The notes beneath the pieces are model-generated. The model was given only the letters and a program-made list of their open reading frames with translations, had not been told where the DNA came from and did not search any database. From Vicinamibacterales bacterium (GTDB lineage: Bacteria > Acidobacteriota > Vicinamibacteria > Vicinamibacterales > UBA8438): a DNA stretch of 64,000 nucleotides. Made by a program: the position numbers and the translations under genes. How positions within the stretch are numbered: the first letter of the stretch is position 1; every line of letters starts with the position of its first letter. The stretch is from NCBI GenBank assembly GCA_965261285.1, contig OZ253457.1, positions 854,760 to 918,759 of the forward strand, read 5' to 3'. Shown here one piece after another: positions 57,900 to 64,000 of this stretch.

Positions 57900-58778
57900 G
57901 TGGTCACCCCCCGGTCCGACGCCGACCCCCGCGCGACGCTGGTGGCGACGCCGTACCGGCTCGCGCGGGCGACGGCGCTCGTGCTGGGCCTCTTCCTCGT
58001 CGGCGCCATCGGCTACACGCTCATCGAGGGGGTGCCGTGGTGGGACGCGTTCTACATGACCGTCATCACCATCACCACCGTCGGGTTCGGCCACGTGTTC
58101 CCGCTCTCGCCGGCCGGGCAGGTGCTGACGGTGGCCCTGCTCGGGGCCGGCATCGGCGTCTTCCTGTTCGTGGCCTCCGAGGTCGGCCGGTCGATCATGG
58201 AGGGCGAGCTGCGACGCTATCTGGGGCATGTCCGGAGGGTCCGCATGATCGAGAGGATGACCGGCCACGACGTCGTCTGCGGCTACGGGCGCATGGGCCG
58301 CGCCGCGGTCGACGCCCTCCGCCGGGCGGGCCGGCCCGTCGTGGTGGTCGAGGCCAGAAGCGAGCTCACCGGCGACCTGGCCGAGGGGGGCTGCCCGGTG
58401 GTGACCGGCGACGCCACCGAGGAGGCGTCGCTGCGCGCCGCCAACGTCGAGCGCGCCAGCGGCCTGGTCTGCTGTCTCGCCGACGATGCCAACAACCTCT
58501 ACACGGTGCTGACCGCCCGCTCGCTGAATCCCGACCTGGTCATCGTGGCGCGGGCGGCCGGCGACGGGGCCGAGCAGCGGATACTGCAGGCGGGGGCCGA
58601 CGAGGTCGTGAATCCCTATCAGCTCGGGGGGGCGCGCCTCGCCCATCTGCTGTTCGACCCGGCGGGCGCTCAACGGGCTTCCGCGGCCACGCTTCCCGCG
58701 CCGGACGGCCCGTCGGCGCCGGCGAGCGGCAGGGCCGGCGCCTCCGGGCCCGACCGTGCCTCGTTGAGCGAGCCCTGA
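57900..58778 (+). CDS. potassium channel with RCK (TrkA-N) domain (MthK-like)
   Basis: 2 TM plus pore DAFYMTVITITTVGFG; VVCGYGRMG; GDATEEASL. Confidence 0.93.
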   Translation: MVTPRSDADPRATLVATPYRLARATALVLGLFLVGAIGYTLIEGVPWWDAFYMTVITITTVGFGHVFPLSPAGQVLTVALLGAGIGVFLFVASEVGRSIMEGELRRYLGHVRRVRMIERMTGHDVVCGYGRMGRAAVDALRRAGRPVVVVEARSELTGDLAEGGCPVVTGDATEEASLRAANVERASGLVCCLADDANNLYTVLTARSLNPDLVIVARAAGDGAEQRILQAGADEVVNPYQLGGARLAHLLFDPAGAQRASAATLPAPDGPSAPASGRAGASGPDRASLSEP

Positions 58779-59632
58779 CGGTAGCCCCGCGGGTCGACGG
58801 TCACGCGGGCGAAGCCGGCGTCGCGGAACCGCCGCACGACCTCGTCCCGCACGCCGGCGCTCCGCAGCCGGGGAATCTCGTGCGGCTCCACCTCGATGCG
58901 GGCGGTGGCGCCGTGGAACCGCACCCGGCACACCCGGAACCCCAGCTCGCGCAGCGCGCGCTCGCCGGCGGCGACGCGGGCCAGCCGCTCGGGCGTGATC
59001 CCGGTGCCGTAGGGGAACCGGCTCGACAGGCAGGCGAGGGCCGGCTTGTCCCACACCGGCAGCCCCAGCCGCCGCGCCGCCTCCCGGACGTCCGCCTTGC
59101 CGAATCCGGCCTCGTCGAGGGGCGAGCGCACCCCCTGCTCGAGCGCGGCCCGGCGGCCGGGCCGGTGGTCGCCGCGGTCGTCGGCGTTGAACCCGTCGAG
59201 GACGTGCGACGCGCCGAGGCGGGCCGCCTCGGCCACCGCCACCGAGTAGACCTCGACCTTGCAGAAGTAGCAGCGGTTGACGGGGTTCGACGCATACCGG
59301 GCGTCGTCGAGCTCGTGGGTCTCGACCAGCACGTGGCGCACCCCGAGGTCCCGCGCGAGCTCTTCGGCCCCGGCGCGCTCCTCCGGGGCCAGGCTCGGCG
59401 AGACCGCGGTGAGGGCCGTCGCCCGGTCGCCGAGGACGCCCGCCGCCTCTGCCAGCAGGTAGCCGGAGTCGACGCCGCCGGAAAAGCAGACCACCGCCCG
59501 GTCGAGCCCCGCCAGCAGGCCGCGCAGCCTGACGATCCTGTCGTCGAGGCGCGCCGGCGCCGCATCGGCCGGCGCCGGGTCCGAGAAGGCCGCGGTCGCG
59601 CCGCCGGGCCGCCGCAGGTCGGCGTCACGCAT
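58670..59632 (-). CDS. larE: ATP-dependent sulfur transferase LarE family
   Basis: PP-loop FSGGVDS, RCYFCK, DGFNADD..DHRPG, WDKPALACLSSRFPYG, RVRFHG, LDPRGYRQGSLN. Confidence 0.93.
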   Translation of the reverse strand: MRDADLRRPGGATAAFSDPAPADAAPARLDDRIVRLRGLLAGLDRAVVCFSGGVDSGYLLAEAAGVLGDRATALTAVSPSLAPEERAGAEELARDLGVRHVLVETHELDDARYASNPVNRCYFCKVEVYSVAVAEAARLGASHVLDGFNADDRGDHRPGRRAALEQGVRSPLDEAGFGKADVREAARRLGLPVWDKPALACLSSRFPYGTGITPERLARVAAGERALRELGFRVCRVRFHGATARIEVEPHEIPRLRSAGVRDEVVRRFRDAGFARVTVDPRGYRQGSLNEARSGPEAPALPLAGADGPSGAGSVAAEAR

Positions 59633-59739
59633 GCTCTCCAGTATAGACCCGGGGTGTCCGCTCGACGGCGGACTCCCGCCGCGTCGCCGCGGGACCGGGG
59701 TCGCCGGCATCGACGTCGGCTATAATCCCGGCCCGACCC

Positions 59740-60696
59740 GTGCTCTACGACATCGTCCTCATCGTCCTCGGTCTCGGTCTGGTCGCCAAGGGCGGCGACC
59801 TGTTCGTCGACTCCAGCATCTACATCGGGCAGGCGCTGCGCATCCCCCGGTTCGTCATCGGGGGGACCCTGGTGAGCCTGGCCACCACCACCCCCGAGCT
59901 GGTGGTCTCGGCGATGGCGAGCAGCGTCGGCGACACCGGCATCGCGCTGGGGAACGCGGTGGGCTCGTGCATCTGCAACATCGGGCTGATCGTCGGCACC
60001 GTCTCGCTGCTGACCCCGGTGGAGGTGGAGAAGCGCGACTTCGTGCGGCGGGCGGCGTGGATGGTCTCGGCCGGGGTGCTCGTCGTCGTCTTCACCTGGG
60101 ACCGGACCCTCAGCCGGCCGCTGGCCGCGGTCCTGCTGGCCCTGGCGTTCGCGTACCTGGCCTGGGACTACCTCGGCATCCGCCGCCGGCGCGCCGCGAC
60201 CGCGGGGGGGCCCGAGCCGGAGACGAGCGGGCTGCCGAAGGCCATCGGCCTGTTCGCGCTCGGGGCGGCCCTCATCGTCGTCGGCAGCCGTTTCCTCGTC
60301 GACTCCGGCCAGTCGCTGGCCGCCGCCCTCGGGGTGCCGTCGGTCATCATCGGGCTCTCGGTGGTGGCCATCGGGACGTCGCTGCCCGAGCTGGTGACCG
60401 GCGTCTCCGCCGCCCGGAAGGGGGTGCCGGACCTGTCGCTCGGCAACATCCTCGGCGCCAACGTCCTGAACCTGTACCTCATCGTCGGCCTGTCCGGCAC
60501 CATCAACCCGCTGAGCCTCGACGTCTTCACCCAGGTCTACTCGTACGGCTGGCTCGGCGTGTTCTTCGCCGCCGTCCTCGGCCTCACCGCGCGGACCGGA
60601 CACTTCCACCGGGGCGGGGGCCTGCTCCTGCTGGCCCTCTACGCGGTCTACGTGACCGGGCTCGTCCTCGTGCCCGTGCTCGGCGCCGGCGGCTAA
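59740..60696 (+). CDS. Ca2+/Na+ antiporter (YrbG/CaCA family)
   Basis: Two alpha repeats: ATTTPEL...GNAVGS and IGTSLPEL...GNILGAN; TATAAT at 59722. Confidence 0.95.
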   Translation: MLYDIVLIVLGLGLVAKGGDLFVDSSIYIGQALRIPRFVIGGTLVSLATTTPELVVSAMASSVGDTGIALGNAVGSCICNIGLIVGTVSLLTPVEVEKRDFVRRAAWMVSAGVLVVVFTWDRTLSRPLAAVLLALAFAYLAWDYLGIRRRRAATAGGPEPETSGLPKAIGLFALGAALIVVGSRFLVDSGQSLAAALGVPSVIIGLSVVAIGTSLPELVTGVSAARKGVPDLSLGNILGANVLNLYLIVGLSGTINPLSLDVFTQVYSYGWLGVFFAAVLGLTARTGHFHRGGGLLLLALYAVYVTGLVLVPVLGAGG

Positions 60697-60717
60697 ACTG
60701 CACGGGTTCTCACCACG

Positions 60718-60747
60718 TTGACGCGCGGCCACTGCATCTGCTATATT
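60718..60747 (+). promoter_or_regulatory. sigma70-type promoter upstream of the NYN gene
   Basis: TTGACG-18 nt-TATATT. Confidence 0.6.
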
Positions 60748-60753
60748 GCCCTG

Positions 60754-60826
60754 CAATCCGCTATGCCCGTAGGCGGGCACTATCCTTGGGCTTCCTTGGG
60801 CGACCGGGGAAGCCCATTCCTTTATT
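60754..60826 (+). ncRNA. structured leader or small RNA upstream of the NYN nuclease (two hairpins, GNRA loop, U-rich tail)
   Basis: Hairpin TGCCCG-TAGG-CGGGCA (60764-60779); 13-bp hairpin with GCGA loop (60787-60816) followed by TTCCTTTATT. Confidence 0.45.
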
Positions 60827-60833
60827 GCCTCCC

Positions 60834-61415
60834 GTGCGCACGGTAGCTGTCCTGATCGATGGTGGTCACTTGCGGATATACGCCCGCAAGGCCGGCAAGA
60901 GCTACGACCCGCCCTTCATCGAGCGATTCGGCCGAGCATGCGTCAAGAGCGACCAGGTGCTTCAGCGCATCCTGTACTACGACTGCGCGCCCTACACGGG
61001 GAAGGCGAAGCGACCGGTGAGCGGCACCGAGCACCAGTTTCGGGGATCGGACGCGTGGCTCCACGATCTGGAGCGGCGAGAGTACTTTGCGGTTCGTCGT
61101 GGCGTGCTGAAGTTCAGAGACTGGGTGCCGAAGACGAGCCCAGTTGGGCCGACTCCGCTCACGGACGCCGATTTCAAGCCCTCGTTCGTCCAGAAGGGCG
61201 TCGACATGAGAATAGGCCTTGACATGGCCAACTATGCGCAGACACGGGCCGTGGACATCCTCAGTCTGGTGACCAACGATACGGACTGCGTTCCGGCCAT
61301 GAAGTACGCGCGGCGGGCGGGACTCCAGATCACGCTTGTCCGTCTGAGCAACTGCCAGCCGGCACCTGAATTGTGCGCCCATACGGATTTCCTCTTCTCC
61401 GTGCAGTTCCCTTGA
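60834..61415 (+). CDS. NYN domain (PIN-fold, LabA/DUF88-like) ribonuclease
   Basis: AVLIDGG, RILYYDC, QKGVDMRIGLD, VTNDTDCVPA with the acidic tetrad intact; lower GC than the flanks. Confidence 0.9.
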   Translation: MRTVAVLIDGGHLRIYARKAGKSYDPPFIERFGRACVKSDQVLQRILYYDCAPYTGKAKRPVSGTEHQFRGSDAWLHDLERREYFAVRRGVLKFRDWVPKTSPVGPTPLTDADFKPSFVQKGVDMRIGLDMANYAQTRAVDILSLVTNDTDCVPAMKYARRAGLQITLVRLSNCQPAPELCAHTDFLFSVQFP

Positions 61416-61506
61416 GGGCGCCGCTCGATTGAACTCTGAACCGAGCGGAAGGCCGGCGCCGTCACCGCTTGGGCTTCCTTCTCCGCCGACCCGGCGGCGC
61501 CTGTGC

Positions 61507-63243
61507 TCAATCTCGTCGTGCGGATCCCTGCGGCTCCGCCGGCCGGCGGAGGATGGGGTAGACCGAGCCTGCCGCCCTCACGTGGTCGTCGACCAGGTTC
61601 CAGTTCACGATGCCGTCGTCGGAGCGCGGCTCGAGCAGGGTGAAGACGAGCCGTCCCAGGGGCTGATCGAGGGGCACGACCAGGGTGCCGGCGGGCACGG
61701 CGCGCTCGACGGGAATCCAGTCGCCGGTGACGGTGCGTTCGCGATGGCCCTGGTAGGGCCGCTCGGCGACCGACGAGTCGCGCACGACGAACTCCTCCAC
61801 GGCGAGCGTTGCGCCGGCGTCGAGGGGGGCGCCGTCGACGCCGTGGGCGGCGAGGAGATCGACCACCTCGGCGAGGTCCGCCGGCACGTAGTACGCGGCG
61901 GGGGCGACCTCGACGGCGTCCTCGGCGGCGGCGAACGCGACGTACTCGTGCATCTCGGTCGGCACGGCCACGTCGAGCCGGCGCCGCATGGGAGAACGGG
62001 TGTAGGGGTTGGGCACCTCCTCGGTGCGCCCCAGGAGGATCTGGACGGGGGCGTCGGAGCGTGCGGGGACCGCGCGGGTCGCGAGGCGGGTCCCCGCGAC
62101 GGGCTCGGCGTCGGCGGCCTCGACGAGGGCGGCGATGGCGCCGGCGTTGTCGTGGGCGAACGCCAGCGCCTCCTCCACGAACCGCAGCGAGGCCCGGATG
62201 CGCTCGTCGAACGGCGCGTAGGCGTAGGCCTCGGCGAGCAGGGCGGCCCGGTTGCGGAGCCCGACGTAGTTGTTGTTGAAGCGCGGGCGGTGGTCGAAGG
62301 TGCGCCAGGCCGGCTCGGTTCCGTCGGCGAACGGGAGGTTGCCGTAGTGGTAGAAGCGCCACCCGTCGGACCGCTCGACGGCGCGGGTGATCGCGGGAAG
62401 CCACTCGTCGCGGAGGAGGGCGTCGATGGCGGGATGGGTGTTGGGGTGGAGCGGCGGCGAGTAGGTCAGGTGATAGGCGTGCTCGGTGCCGTTGGTGGTG
62501 TGGAGGTCGATGACCACGTGGGGGTCGTAGTCGTCGTAGGCGCGGGCGAGGGCCCGGGCCTCGGGCGACTCCAGCTTCATGTGGTCGCGGTTGAGGTCGA
62601 ACCCCTGGGCGTTGGCCCGTTCGCCCTGGCCCGCGACCGGCCCGAGCTGATAGGGGCGCGTGTCGGGCCCCATGCGCTCGTGGCCGTCGGCATTGTAGAT
62701 GGGCGCGATGAGCAGGGTCATCGACGACGACCACTCGGCGTGGCCGCCCGCCGCGAGGTCCCCCAGCAGCATCAGCAGCGCTTCCTTGCCGGCGACCTCG
62801 CCGCCGTGGATGGCCCCCTGCAGCCAGACGCGGAGGCGGCCGGCGCCGACGACGGAGGCGGGTCGCGCGTCGGCCACGTCCCCGACGACGGCCAGGGGCA
62901 GCGGGCGGCCCTCGACCGTCGACCCGAAGCTGGTGGCGTGGACGCGCTCGGACCGGTTCGCGGCCAGCGTCACGACCTGCACGACCTCGCCGTGGCCGGT
63001 GGTCTGCTCGTAGGCGGTGCGCTCCGCGCGGGTGGGGGGCAGGGCCCCCGCTTCCCGGTCCCCCGGTGCGCACGCGGCCAGCGGGGCGGCGGTCAGCAGG
63101 GCCGCCGCCCGAAGGATGGTCCAGACCGGAACCGGCGGCCGGGCGCCGCGCTGCTCCGGGTTGGATTCGTCGCCGCGCCGCCGCGGGAGCGGTTCGGCGC
63201 CGCCGCGGGACCCGCCTCGGGGCCGGCTGGAAGTGGCGTTCAC
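61507..63243 (-). CDS. M14 family zinc carboxypeptidase, probable lipoprotein (start uncertain)
   Basis: Lipobox LAAC; IHGGE (HxxE), YNADG, DLNRD, DLHTTNG. Confidence 0.88.
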   Translation of the reverse strand: MNATSSRPRGGSRGGAEPLPRRRGDESNPEQRGARPPVPVWTILRAAALLTAAPLAACAPGDREAGALPPTRAERTAYEQTTGHGEVVQVVTLAANRSERVHATSFGSTVEGRPLPLAVVGDVADARPASVVGAGRLRVWLQGAIHGGEVAGKEALLMLLGDLAAGGHAEWSSSMTLLIAPIYNADGHERMGPDTRPYQLGPVAGQGERANAQGFDLNRDHMKLESPEARALARAYDDYDPHVVIDLHTTNGTEHAYHLTYSPPLHPNTHPAIDALLRDEWLPAITRAVERSDGWRFYHYGNLPFADGTEPAWRTFDHRPRFNNNYVGLRNRAALLAEAYAYAPFDERIRASLRFVEEALAFAHDNAGAIAALVEAADAEPVAGTRLATRAVPARSDAPVQILLGRTEEVPNPYTRSPMRRRLDVAVPTEMHEYVAFAAAEDAVEVAPAAYYVPADLAEVVDLLAAHGVDGAPLDAGATLAVEEFVVRDSSVAERPYQGHRERTVTGDWIPVERAVPAGTLVVPLDQPLGRLVFTLLEPRSDDGIVNWNLVDDHVRAAGSVYPILRRPAEPQGSARRD

Positions 63244-63253
63244 TGGCACCCCC

Positions 63254-63383
63254 CAATCCGTTCGACGGCGTCTTCCTCCGCGGCGCTGCCCCGAACCGGT
63301 CGAACGCCGTGCCGTTCCGGGAACCCGTCGCACGCGACCGCCGCAGGGTCGTTCACACGCATCCTGCAATCCGTTCGACGGCG
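63254..63383. repeat. duplicated 3' end of the cysteine desulfurase gene (17-bp identical core, 113 bp apart)
   Basis: caatccgttcgacggcg at 63254 and 63367; translations AVERIAGCV* and AVERIGGCQ*. Confidence 0.75.
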
Positions 63384-64000
63384 GCGTCGACGTCCGCCTC
63401 CGTGGTCCCGCGGCCGACGCTGAGCCGGACGGCCCCGAGACCGATGGCCGGCGGCACCCCCATGGCCGTCAGCACCGGCGAGAGCGCGCGTTCTCCCGTG
63501 TGGCAGGCGGACCCCGTCGACGCCGCTATCTGCGGCGTCCGGGCCAGAATCTCGTCGCCGTACCGGCCGGGGAAGCTGACGTTGAGGGTGTTGGGCAGCC
63601 GCCGGTCCGGGTGGCCGTTGAGGACGACGCGGTCGCCGAGCCGGGCCCGCAGTCGGTTCCACAGGCGGTCGCGCAGCTCGCGCAGGCGGTCCTCGCAGGG
63701 GTCGGTCTCGGCGAGCTCGCAGGCGGCCCCGAGCCCGGCCGCGAGGAGCGCGCTCTCGGTGCCGGCCCGCCGACCCCCCTCGTGGCCGCCCCCGTGGACG
63801 AGCGGGGTCAGCGCCACGCCGCGCCGGACGAACAGGGCGCCGACGCCCTTGGGCGCGTACAGCTTGTGTCCGGCCAGGCTGAGCAGATCGACGCCGAGCT
63901 CGCGCACCCGCACCGGGATCTTGCCGGCCGACTGGGCCGCGTCGGTGTGGCAGAGGACGCCGTGCTCGCGCGCGATGCGGGCGATCTCGGCGACGGGCTG
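63353..64000 (-). CDS. cysteine desulfurase (IscS/NifS family), 3' part only; 5' end lies beyond the window
   Basis: HTDAAQSAGK, SLAGHKLYAPKG (PLP Lys), RAGTE, STGSACH (catalytic Cys), VRLSVGR. Confidence 0.95.
   Translation of the reverse strand, partial: QPVAEIARIAREHGVLCHTDAAQSAGKIPVRVRELGVDLLSLAGHKLYAPKGVGALFVRRGVALTPLVHGGGHEGGRRAGTESALLAAGLGAACELAETDPCEDRLRELRDRLWNRLRARLGDRVVLNGHPDRRLPNTLNVSFPGRYGDEILARTPQIAASTGSACHTGERALSPVLTAMGVPPAIGLGAVRLSVGRGTTEADVDAAVERIAGCV

Noticed and set aside
58069-58089. Unusual K+ channel filter TVGFG
   Set aside because: GFG is a common natural variant of GYG; not novel.

Overview
64 kb of very GC-rich bacterial chromosome. The Oar-like TonB receptor, Vicinamibacteria-style membrane proteins, short PheT and many hydrolases suggest Acidobacteriota; this is inference only. 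The window has four parts. (1) 1-6.3 kb: a partial (2Fe-2S) oxidoreductase subunit, a tightly coupled two-gene unit, a BCCT transporter and a truncated R2lox. In the two-gene unit, the first protein carries by-eye matches to both PmoC copper sites (CuC and CuD) followed by a PmoA-like membrane domain; the second has PmoB-like architecture. Together they are a candidate highly divergent, C-A-fused copper membrane monooxygenase-like system, and the main finding. (2) 6.3-15.5 kb: an eroded accessory region ending at the tmRNA 3' end, with decaying toxin-antitoxin modules, a Uma2 nuclease, a TonB receptor and an alginate-export-type porin. (3) 15.7-42 kb: mostly core genes, including thrS-infC-rpmI-rplT-pheST-zapBA-6S RNA-rny-thiL, tRNA-Val, ruvX-mltG and a heterodimeric ABC exporter. 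(4) 42-64 kb: secreted hydrolases, enolase, transporters, larE, an NYN nuclease behind a structured leader RNA, and a partial cysteine desulfurase. Short local tandem duplications are frequent; none is a CRISPR array. All family calls come from motif recognition by eye, with no database search.
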